DNA from: Deltaproteobacteria bacterium
GTDB taxonomy: Bacteria > Desulfobacterota > Syntrophia > Syntrophales > JAFGHS01
DNA: 64,000 bases
Reading direction: 5' to 3'
Assembly (NCBI GenBank): GCA_016928025.1
Contig: JAFGLN010000063.1
Coordinates: 716 to 64,715 of the forward strand
Shown: positions 9,392-17,199 of the stretch, in pieces
How positions within the stretch are numbered: the stretch's first letter is position 1
How the letters are laid out: every line of letters begins with the position of its first letter
Program-made: the position numbers and the translations under genes
Notes under the pieces: generated by a model
What the model was told of the DNA's origin: nothing
What the model saw: only the letters and a program-made list of their open reading frames with translations
Databases searched by the model: none

Positions 9392-10570
9392 TTGAGTCGT
9401 TTTTATTGGACATCGATTATCTTTCTTTTCCTGGCAGGAATCAGCTTTATCTTTTTCTCATCTCCCCAGCAGGAACTTATCCTCCTTTTGTTGCTCGTTA
9501 TTTATCTGGCATTATTCAGTATGGGTGTCGCGGTTCTGCGCCTGAAATTTTTCTGCAGGGCCGTCTGCCGGGGTAAAACCGGGATAAATAAAATATTCCT
9601 GACGTTTGACGACGGCCCTGACCTTCAGGTGACACCGGTCGTGCTTTCTGTCCTTGAATCATACCATATAAAGGCCGCTTTTTTTTGTATCGGCGAAAAA
9701 GTGGCGCAATATCCGCAGATGGCCCGGCGCATTGTTGATGAAGGCCATACCATTGCCAACCACAGCATGCATCATTTTTGGTGGACAAATTTCTTGACAT
9801 TTAAGGGTCTGAATCGGGAAATGGCGGAAACCCAGGCCGTCATCAAGAGCATCACCGGGGAAACCCCCGCTTTTTTCAGGCCTCCCGCCGGTTTGACCAA
9901 TCCCCACATCGAAAAGGCCCTGCGTAAAAATGACTTGACATGCATCGGCTGGGATGTGCGGCCTTTCGATACAAAGAGACCGAAAGACAGAGTTGTCAAT
10001 ACCATTGCGCGCAAAGCCAGAGAGGGATCCATCGTTTTGATGCATGATACCGGAAGAACGCCTCAGGATATGGAGGCTCTTGTTCGGGATGTCATTGCCG
10101 CCCTGCAAAGCAAAGGCTTTTCTTTTTCTACCCTGAACGATCTTGTGGGGCTTGAACCATACCAGAGAAATGATGCCGTGGAAAAAGAGAGCCTTTCGAC
10201 AGGAATTATTGCGCGGATAACCCTGTGGCTGGCACAAGCGTCGTTCATCAGAAAGGCCCTTGCCGATGATATCTCACCGGCTGATATCAAGCAGCGGCCG
10301 TCAACCCGGTTTTTTGTAGGGTTGTCCCTTGTGGCCTTCAGTTACATTATCGGCTGGCCGGCCGTGGCTTTTTTTGCTTTTCTGGGTGTTTATCTTGATG
10401 TAAAAGAAATCGTTCTTCTGGGGCCGGCCAGTTATCTTTTTTCTTATCTCGTCTTTATTGCGGGTGCGGCTCTGGCGGGGGTTGACGGCATCAAATACGG
10501 ACGTCTGTTTTATCGCTGGACGATGCATCAATTCGCCTTGAGGATAGCGGCCCGGATAAAAAATAGGTAG
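9392..10570 (+). CDS. polysaccharide deacetylase (NodB/CE4 domain) with N- and C-terminal membrane segments
   Basis: 392 aa. FLTFDDGPD and HTIANHSMHH are CE4 motifs. The C-terminal ~100 aa are hydrophobic (FFVGLSLVAFSYIIGWPAVAFFAFLGVYL...). TTG start with an aaggag RBS. Confidence 0.8.
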   Translation: MSRFYWTSIIFLFLAGISFIFFSSPQQELILLLLLVIYLALFSMGVAVLRLKFFCRAVCRGKTGINKIFLTFDDGPDLQVTPVVLSVLESYHIKAAFFCIGEKVAQYPQMARRIVDEGHTIANHSMHHFWWTNFLTFKGLNREMAETQAVIKSITGETPAFFRPPAGLTNPHIEKALRKNDLTCIGWDVRPFDTKRPKDRVVNTIARKAREGSIVLMHDTGRTPQDMEALVRDVIAALQSKGFSFSTLNDLVGLEPYQRNDAVEKESLSTGIIARITLWLAQASFIRKALADDISPADIKQRPSTRFFVGLSLVAFSYIIGWPAVAFFAFLGVYLDVKEIVLLGPASYLFSYLVFIAGAALAGVDGIKYGRLFYRWTMHQFALRIAARIKNR

Positions 10571-10577
10571 AAGGAGC

Positions 10578-10598
10578 AAGGTTCAAGGAACAAGGTGA
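10578..10598. repeat. AAGGTTC-type heptamer-like short repeat
   Basis: aaggttc aaggaac aaggtga, directly after the stop at 10570. Confidence 0.4.
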
Positions 10599-10627
10599 AA
10601 GAAATGAGGTTCGGATAGGAGCTTGTA

Positions 10628-11239
10628 TTGATAGCGGAAAAAGTTAAAATCCTTCTTTGGCTTATACCGTTTGCCTATCTGGCCGGTTCTGCGAATTTTT
10701 CCATTTTACTTTTTAAGTGTATGGGCAAGGCTGACCCGCGGAGCCGTTTCAGCGGAAATCCGGGGACGGCAAATGTGGTCAGGCAATCCGGTTATATGTG
10801 GGGCTCCTTTATCCTGATTCTGGATATCGGGCGGGCGGCCTTAATCGTGCTTCTGGCGGATGAACTTCTCAAGGACGCTTTTAGTCTCTGGGTCGGATTT
10901 GCCCTGTTGGTCGGAAACCGTTATCCCGTGTTTCACGGTTTTAAGGGGGGCAAAGGTGTGGCGACCTACCTGGGAATCACGGCGGTTATGGCGCCGTTCT
11001 TTGCCGCCGCCTCCTGTCTGACCTGGGTGCTGGTTTACGCTGTCGTACGGATAACATTCATCGGGTCGTTTTTTATGGTCGCCGTCATGGGGTTTGGAAT
11101 GATGCGGTATTTTCATTGGAATGCCGTTGCCGTGACCGGCTCCCTCCTGAGTCTTGCCTTGATTTTTCATGCCCATCGCTCAAATATCGCAAATTATCAG
11201 GCTATTCGGGAAAAAGATCCTCATGCCGGCAAGGCTTGA
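10628..11239 (+). CDS. plsY: glycerol-3-phosphate acyltransferase PlsY
   Basis: 203 aa polytopic protein. SGNPGTANVVRQSG and HGFKGGKGVATYLG are PlsY signature motifs. TTG start with an aggag RBS. Confidence 0.85.
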   Translation: MIAEKVKILLWLIPFAYLAGSANFSILLFKCMGKADPRSRFSGNPGTANVVRQSGYMWGSFILILDIGRAALIVLLADELLKDAFSLWVGFALLVGNRYPVFHGFKGGKGVATYLGITAVMAPFFAAASCLTWVLVYAVVRITFIGSFFMVAVMGFGMMRYFHWNAVAVTGSLLSLALIFHAHRSNIANYQAIREKDPHAGKA

Positions 11240-11321
11240 CAAAAAAGAATTTACCGTGTTAGATCAAACTCCTTTTTCATTATTAATCTGAAAGATGTGA
11301 GGTTTAGAGGAGGGGAACATA

Positions 11322-11585
11322 TTGTCTGTTGATACAAACGACGAAGAAATTCTGCAAGCCATCATCCAATACCTGGTTGAGGATTTCGAAATTCCGGAGG
11401 AAAAAATACACCTGGATGCCAATCTATTCACTGATCTGGAATTAGACAGTGTTGACGCTTTGGACTGGTTTGCCACCATGGAGACGGAAATTAATTTATC
11501 CATCGTGGAAAAGGATCTTAAAAAAATCCGTACAGTACGTGATGTGGTCGCCTATGTTAAAAAAAACAGATCAGCCGATTCATGA
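11322..11585 (+). CDS. acyl carrier protein
   Basis: 87 aa. DLELDSVDALD carries the phosphopantetheine-attachment Ser. TTG start after agaggagggg. Confidence 0.85.
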   Translation: MSVDTNDEEILQAIIQYLVEDFEIPEEKIHLDANLFTDLELDSVDALDWFATMETEINLSIVEKDLKKIRTVRDVVAYVKKNRSADS

Positions 11586-11955
11586 GGTCATTTCGCGAAC
11601 CCATTTGCCCCTGTTTGACCTGCAAGAAACCGACGGACAGATTAAGGCTAAAGCCCGATTCTCCGCCGATGCCATTTGGTTCCAAGGCCACTTTCCCTCG
11701 ATCCGTATTCTGCCCTGTGTGGCGGTAACGGCTCTGGCTGTGGAACCGCTGTTAAGGAATTCCCTCGCTAAAGGGCGTCCTCTGAAAATAAAGGGTTTTT
11801 CCCGGGTGCGAATCAAAATACTGACGTTCCCCGATGAACCGCTGGATATCGCTATTGAAAACATGCCGCCCGACAGAGAGGCGGAACTGGCTTTTGAGGT
11901 CTCCTGCCGGGGAGCGAAAGTCTGCCAGGGGAAAGCGCTGGTGGCGGAGCAATGA
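11554..11955 (+). CDS. hotdog-fold (3R)-hydroxyacyl-ACP dehydratase-like protein
   Basis: An ATG at 11554 within ORF 11449..11955 overlaps the ACP stop. The FQGHFP motif is typical of FabA/FabZ-like dehydratases. Confidence 0.7.
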   Translation: MLKKTDQPIHEVISRTHLPLFDLQETDGQIKAKARFSADAIWFQGHFPSIRILPCVAVTALAVEPLLRNSLAKGRPLKIKGFSRVRIKILTFPDEPLDIAIENMPPDREAELAFEVSCRGAKVCQGKALVAEQ

Positions 11956-12236
11956 ATGAAGCGGATAAGGATCTTAACATGAGAGAACTTTTGGATGAAT
12001 TGAAAAAAAAGCTGGTAACGGAACTCGAATTGACGGATATTCGGCCTGAGGATATTAAAGACGACGAAGAATTTTTCGCTAACGGATTGGGGATGGCCTC
12101 CATCGATTTGCTTTTTTTCATCGCCGTTCTGGACAATGATTACGGGGTTTTAATAGACAACAAAGAGCTGGGTGAAAAAGTGTTCGTCAATTTAACCACG
12201 CTGGCCGAATATATTACGAAAAACCGCAAGAGGTGA
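11952..12236 (+). CDS. acyl carrier protein (second copy)
   Basis: 94 aa. GLGMASIDLLFFIAVLDNDYG is an ACP-like helix II with Ser. ATGA overlap with the upstream gene. Confidence 0.75.
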   Translation: MNEADKDLNMRELLDELKKKLVTELELTDIRPEDIKDDEEFFANGLGMASIDLLFFIAVLDNDYGVLIDNKELGEKVFVNLTTLAEYITKNRKR

Positions 12237-12237
12237 T

Positions 12238-13863
12238 ATGACTGAAAAGCCCTGGCTGAAAAGCTATGAACCTCGCATCTCTCCCCAGCTTGACTATCCG
12301 CCCCTTACGATCCCCCGGTTTCTTTTCGAGACGGCCGAAAAGCATCCCGAATATATTGCGACCACATTCAACGAGACGGACATCACTTATGGGGAGCTCA
12401 ATGCCAAAGTCAACGGCATGGCCCATGCGCTCCGGTCACTCGGCGTGAAAAAAGGAGATCATTGCGCCCTGTTCCTGCCGAACACGCCCACCTATGCCAT
12501 CGCCTACTATGCCATCCTCAAGATCGGCGCCGTCGTCGTGAATATCAATGTCGGCATTCAAGGCGAAGAACTCGCCGATTCACTGAACATGTCCCGGGCC
12601 CGGGTTATCATCTCTCTGGATGTATTTATTCAAAACATATACCGGGTTCTTAAAAATACCGCCGTGGAAATCGTCATCCTCCATTCCGTTTTTGGTTTGG
12701 AGCAGAAGATGAAATATGACGGGGTACCGCGTCCCCTGATCTTCAACGATCTGGTGGCGGCCCATCCGGAGCATGAACCGGACTGGGCCTGCCTGCCCGA
12801 GGATTTGGCCGTCCTCCAGTTCACCGGCGGCACGACGGGCCGGCCCAAAGCGGCCATGTTGGCCCATCAAAGCGTCGTGGCGAATATTATGCAGACCGTC
12901 GAATGGGTCAATGCCGAAGAAGCCGGTAATGACGCTGTCTTGTGCATCATTCCCTTTTTCCACGTTTTCGGCATGAACGCCTGCCTGAATCTGGCCGTGC
13001 GTAAAGGGTACCGCATGATCCTGGTGCCGCGCTTCGACTGGCTTGATCTGATCCCGCTGATGTCCATGATTGAAAAATACCGGCCCATATCCCTGCCGGC
13101 GGTGCCGGGTCTTTGGACGGCGCTGCTCGTATCTTCCCGAACAACGAAGGAACTGCTTGCGTCCCTTCAGGTCCCGGTCAGCGGCGGAGCGCCCTTGCCC
13201 GGAAAAGTCCAAGATCAGTATGAAGCCCTGACAGGACGGAAAATCTACGTGGCCTATGGTCTTTCCGAAGCATCTTCCGCCGCCCTGTTCGCTCCCTACC
13301 CGAAAGGCGCACCCCCGGGGAGCATCGGCCTGCCGCTGTCCGACACGGATGCCCGTATTGTTGATATCGAGACGGGAACAAAAGCATTGCCGCCCGGTGA
13401 AGTCGGAGAGCTAACCGTCCGGGGGCCGCAGATGATGCTGGGCTATTACGAAAATGAGGCGCTGACGGCGAAGGTGTTGCGCGATGGTTGGCTGTACACC
13501 GGCGATCTGGCCTACATGGATGAAAGCGGTTTCTTCTATCTGGTGGACAGAAAGGATGATCTCATCATTACCAGCGGATTTAACGTTTATCCCAGTGGCG
13601 TGGAAGATGTCCTGTTGGCACATCCGGCCGTTAAAGAGACGGCGGTGGTCGGTGTGCCGGACCGCACCCGGGGACAGGCGGTAACGGCTTATGTCGTCCT
13701 GAAAGAAAACCGGCAGGCCGACCGGGATGTTATCCTGGCCTTTTGCCGGGAGCGTCTGTCCGATTTCAAGGTTCCCCGAGCGATCCATTTTGTTGAGCGA
13801 ATCCCGCGCAATCCCATCGGGAAGCCGTTAAAAGCGTCTTTGAAACCGGGGAGGGAAGGGTAG
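12238..13863 (+). CDS. AMP-dependent synthetase/ligase (acyl/aryl adenylating enzyme)
   Basis: 541 aa. FTGGTTGRPKAAML (A3), YGLSEA (A5), TGDLAYMDESGFFYLVDRKDD (A8), and PRNPIGKP at the C-terminus. Confidence 0.9.
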   Translation: MTEKPWLKSYEPRISPQLDYPPLTIPRFLFETAEKHPEYIATTFNETDITYGELNAKVNGMAHALRSLGVKKGDHCALFLPNTPTYAIAYYAILKIGAVVVNINVGIQGEELADSLNMSRARVIISLDVFIQNIYRVLKNTAVEIVILHSVFGLEQKMKYDGVPRPLIFNDLVAAHPEHEPDWACLPEDLAVLQFTGGTTGRPKAAMLAHQSVVANIMQTVEWVNAEEAGNDAVLCIIPFFHVFGMNACLNLAVRKGYRMILVPRFDWLDLIPLMSMIEKYRPISLPAVPGLWTALLVSSRTTKELLASLQVPVSGGAPLPGKVQDQYEALTGRKIYVAYGLSEASSAALFAPYPKGAPPGSIGLPLSDTDARIVDIETGTKALPPGEVGELTVRGPQMMLGYYENEALTAKVLRDGWLYTGDLAYMDESGFFYLVDRKDDLIITSGFNVYPSGVEDVLLAHPAVKETAVVGVPDRTRGQAVTAYVVLKENRQADRDVILAFCRERLSDFKVPRAIHFVERIPRNPIGKPLKASLKPGREG

Positions 13864-13869
13864 GACAAA

Positions 13870-14349
13870 ATGACCTCGAAAAACCTGCCGGCGATTGAGT
13901 CTCTGATCCCGCATCGGGCGGCTATGATGCTCATCGATCGTGTGACCGACATCGAGGATGATCGTATTGTGACCATAGCCGTTGTTAAAGAGAACTGGCC
14001 GCTTTGTGACCGCGCCGGCGCGGATGTGATTCTGACCGTGGAGATCATTGCCCAGTCCGTGGCGGCCCTGTACCACCGAAGAAAAAAACGGCCGGGAACA
14101 CCGCAAATCGATTTTCTCGTCGGCATTAAAGAGGCACGGTTTGAGACGCAGAAGCTGCCGCTTCACGCCGAGCTCACAGCAAGGGTTCAAATGGTTTCCT
14201 TCATCGGCAATTACGGGATTTTTAAAGGTGAAGTTCTGATGGTCGATGAGATCCTTTGTGAGACCACCGTCCAGGTGCTGGAACCCGATGAAGAATTGTG
14301 GGAGGCTATCCTCAGCGGGCATACGAGGGAGGTGTCGGATGATGAGTGA
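13870..14349 (+). CDS. hotdog-fold dehydratase (FabZ/ApeP-like)
   Basis: 159 aa. LIPHRAAMMLIDRV is typical of FabZ-like/APE-cluster dehydratases. Confidence 0.7.
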   Translation: MTSKNLPAIESLIPHRAAMMLIDRVTDIEDDRIVTIAVVKENWPLCDRAGADVILTVEIIAQSVAALYHRRKKRPGTPQIDFLVGIKEARFETQKLPLHAELTARVQMVSFIGNYGIFKGEVLMVDEILCETTVQVLEPDEELWEAILSGHTREVSDDE

Positions 14350-15070
14350 ACAAAAGACGGCGCTGGTGACGGGCGGCAGTCGGGGTATCGGGCGGGCCGT
14401 TTGTCTGGAATTGGCCGGAGCGGGTTATTACGTCCTGGTCAATTACCGAACCCAAGAAGCGGCGGCAAAAGAAACTCTGATCATGATTATGGATGCCGGG
14501 GGTGGAGGCGAATTGTGTCCCTTTGATGTGACGGACCAGCCAACCGTTGCCGCTTGTCTGAAAGACCTGACCGGACGCCTGGGCTTTATCGAGGTACTGG
14601 TCAATAATGCCGGTGTGGCGGCGGACGGTCTTTTTGGCCTGATGCCGCCTGAGGACTGGCACCGGGTCGTGGACACGACCCTGTCGGGCTTTTATAACGT
14701 GACGAAGCCGTTGCTGAAGCCCATGCTGGCGAAAAAACGCGGATCCATCATATCGATTTCCTCCGTCTCCGCCCTGGTGGGCAACCGGGGGCAAACGAAC
14801 TATGCCGCGGCAAAGGCCGGCCTGATCGGCGCGAGCCGGGCTTTGGCCGGCGAAACGGCCCGCGCCGGCGTGCGCGTGAATGTCGTAGCACCGGGCCTCA
14901 TCGAGACGGAAATGACCGCTGATATGCCGCGGGACCGCATCAAACAGCTCATTCCCATGGCCAGACTGGGCAGACCGGAAGAGATCGCCCGGGTGGTGGC
15001 GTTTTTATGTTCCGATGCCGCGTCTTACATTACCGGCCAGGTCCTCTCCGTGAATGGCGGCATGCTGTGA
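14339..15070 (+). CDS. 3-oxoacyl-ACP reductase (SDR, FabG-like)
   Basis: ATG at 14339 inside ORF 14246..15070. Motifs ALVTGGSRGIGRA, NNAG, S...YAAAKAG, and C-terminal ITGQVLSVNGGM. Confidence 0.9.
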   Translation: MMSEQKTALVTGGSRGIGRAVCLELAGAGYYVLVNYRTQEAAAKETLIMIMDAGGGGELCPFDVTDQPTVAACLKDLTGRLGFIEVLVNNAGVAADGLFGLMPPEDWHRVVDTTLSGFYNVTKPLLKPMLAKKRGSIISISSVSALVGNRGQTNYAAAKAGLIGASRALAGETARAGVRVNVVAPGLIETEMTADMPRDRIKQLIPMARLGRPEEIARVVAFLCSDAASYITGQVLSVNGGML

Positions 15071-15211
15071 TTGACCTCATGGTAAAAAACCTTAAGTCGT
15101 GAATGATAAATCGTAAATAGTGACGAATAAAGAGGTTCTAAATTGAAAAAAGTTATTTTCCCGTCACTTGTGAGAGATTATTTTCTTCCCTCATGGCGTT
15201 TCCGCGGCAAC

Positions 15212-15823
15212 ATGGGGATTATCAAGACCATGACCTTGTTCATTTGTTTCTGGGTTTTATTCTCCGTCGGCGTTTCAGTAGCAGACGATTTTGAGACACT
15301 ACGCCAGTCGGCGCAAAATATCAAAAGTTTAAGTGCGGATTTTGTTCAGGAAAAACACCTGAAGATCCTGGCAAACCCCATCACCTCCAAGGGCAGGCTA
15401 TATTTTAAGGCCCCCCGGTCGATCCGCTGGGAGTACCTGACGCCGATCAAAAGCCTCACTCTGATGAATGATAACGGCGTAGCGGTCTATAGCTGGTTGG
15501 AGGACAAATGGGTCCTCGATCGGGCCCAAAGCGATGCCCGTGGCATCGTCATGGACGAAATCAACAACTGGTTTTCCGGGCGCTTCGATGAAAATCCCGC
15601 TTTTTCGCATACCGTCAAGCCGGGGCCGAAGCCTTTGGTCATCCTGACGCCCAAAGAGGGCGTAAAGAACTTCATTTCCCTTATCGTTCTGACCCTTTCC
15701 GATGCCAATGGTTTGGTTACGGGGGTCGAAATCTTTGAAAGCGGCGATAACAGGACTACAATTGACTTTATCAATGAAAAGCTAAACACGGATTTTCCGG
15801 AAAGCCTCTTTGAGGAACCATGA
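15212..15823 (+). CDS. LolA-like outer-membrane lipoprotein carrier family protein
   Basis: Signal-peptide-like MTLFICFWVLFSVGVSVA. The block SLSADFVQEKHLKIL...GRLYFKAPRSIRWEY matches the LolA-fold family. The start is uncertain (TTG 15143, ATG 15212 or ATG 15230). Confidence 0.7.
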   Translation: MGIIKTMTLFICFWVLFSVGVSVADDFETLRQSAQNIKSLSADFVQEKHLKILANPITSKGRLYFKAPRSIRWEYLTPIKSLTLMNDNGVAVYSWLEDKWVLDRAQSDARGIVMDEINNWFSGRFDENPAFSHTVKPGPKPLVILTPKEGVKNFISLIVLTLSDANGLVTGVEIFESGDNRTTIDFINEKLNTDFPESLFEEP

Positions 15824-16479
15824 AAAAAACACCTCACCTGCTTTGGGGGATCGCTTTTCTCGTCTCGATCCTGACGTCTTGTGCCGCTGTTGTTACGTAT
15901 GAACCTTTAAAGCCGCCAAGCCCTGGAGCGGTTTGTCCAACAATATTTCCTGAGACGGATTTCCGCGCGGTCCATCGGATTGAAATATCGAGCGCCCGGA
16001 GCGGCAAAAGCGCTTTCATTGGTGCGGTGAAATGTGAGCCGGATAAAAGCACCCTACATGCCGTCCTCATGAGTGCAGAGGGGATGGTTATATTCGAGGC
16101 GGCGGTAAAAAAAGGCGCTTTCCGGATTATCAGTGCCTTTCCGCCTCTGGACGATTCGGTTTTTGCCCGGGGGCTTATGGCCGATGTTTCATTTCTCCTA
16201 TTGAAACCTGCCGGTATGCCGATGGAAACGGGTCTGGATCGGCAGGGTTTGATGACCTGCCGCTGGTCGGCAGCAGCCGGAGGCGTCATAGAACAGTCGA
16301 TGATGCGGGCTGGTGCCGTCCGCATCAGACGTTACAACCAAGCCGGACGGATCACCAAAGAAGCTTTGGCCCTCCCGCCTTTCGACCGGGGCTTGCCGGT
16401 GGCAATGCATCTTAAAGTATCGGGTCCGGTCAAATATTTCATTGATCTTAAGCTGCTGGAGGTGAAATGGGTTAATTAA
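15820..16479 (+). CDS. lipoprotein, LolB/DUF3261-like
   Basis: 219 aa. Lipobox in MKKTPHLLWGIAFLVSILTSCA. ATGA overlap with the LolA-like gene. The position matches the DUF3261 member of APE-type clusters; this is positional inference. Confidence 0.6.
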   Translation: MKKTPHLLWGIAFLVSILTSCAAVVTYEPLKPPSPGAVCPTIFPETDFRAVHRIEISSARSGKSAFIGAVKCEPDKSTLHAVLMSAEGMVIFEAAVKKGAFRIISAFPPLDDSVFARGLMADVSFLLLKPAGMPMETGLDRQGLMTCRWSAAAGGVIEQSMMRAGAVRIRRYNQAGRITKEALALPPFDRGLPVAMHLKVSGPVKYFIDLKLLEVKWVN

Positions 16480-17185
16480 GAAGACCTTTAACCACACTCA
16501 CCACCCGGTCCCATTCAAAAACATGGTTTGCTCTCAGTTCGCTGCTGCCGCAGGCGAAAATACTTTCTCTTTTGCCTAATTTAATAAGACGAACCGCCCG
16601 CCAGGTCTCGATGAGATGAAGGTTGAGCGCTTTGGAAGCAGCCTCTTTGGCTGTCCAGACCATTGTCGCTGCCACCGTCAAATCCAGCCCTGATCCGTCG
16701 GCGACGGCCGTTTCCTCAGGATTCATAAAGATGTGTCGCCCTTTGATCAAGCGGGGGGAGATGAGTTCGATATCCACACCGATGGGGCGTTTGTCGGCCA
16801 CAGTCATACTGAAACGTTTATCATGGGAGACGGAGGGATAAAAACGGCCTTCCGCACCGGGCAACAGAGGCCGCCCGTCTTTTGGGTCTATTGTCTCTAA
16901 TGTTCGCGCTTCACGCCGGCCGTCAATTAATCCTATCCGGTAAGACAGGAGTTTCAGAGATATTCGCGAGGCCATAAAACTGTATTTCCTGCGCTCCGGG
17001 AATCCCGCCGCGAGTGACTGTTCGAAAGGTGTAAGAGCCTCCCAGGCATGCGGTGCCGGATGATGGTATTCAAATACCATGAAGCCTGAAGACAATAGAT
17101 TAATAGTATTGGAAAACTCAGGGGAGGGAACGGCGATATGCCAGCCGTCCAAGGAAAGGCCTCGTTCAAGGGAAAGTATATCCAT
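16472..17185 (-). CDS. 4'-phosphopantetheinyl transferase (Sfp-type)
   Basis: 237 aa. PIGVDIELI and WTAKEAASKAL are PPTase signature motifs. Confidence 0.85.
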   Translation of the reverse strand: MDILSLERGLSLDGWHIAVPSPEFSNTINLLSSGFMVFEYHHPAPHAWEALTPFEQSLAAGFPERRKYSFMASRISLKLLSYRIGLIDGRREARTLETIDPKDGRPLLPGAEGRFYPSVSHDKRFSMTVADKRPIGVDIELISPRLIKGRHIFMNPEETAVADGSGLDLTVAATMVWTAKEAASKALNLHLIETWRAVRLIKLGKRESIFACGSSELRANHVFEWDRVVSVVKGLLN

Positions 17186-17199
17186 GATGACGAAACAAT

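Noticed and set aside
11449-11553. N-terminal extensions of several track ORFs (11449, 14246, 26120, 27711, 36664, 40270, 45974, 8584..9282, 17200..19335)
   Set aside because: In each case the extension overlaps the preceding gene or pseudogene, or lacks an RBS. An internal start with a Shine-Dalgarno sequence and a sensible N-terminus (signal peptide or Rossmann fold) exists.
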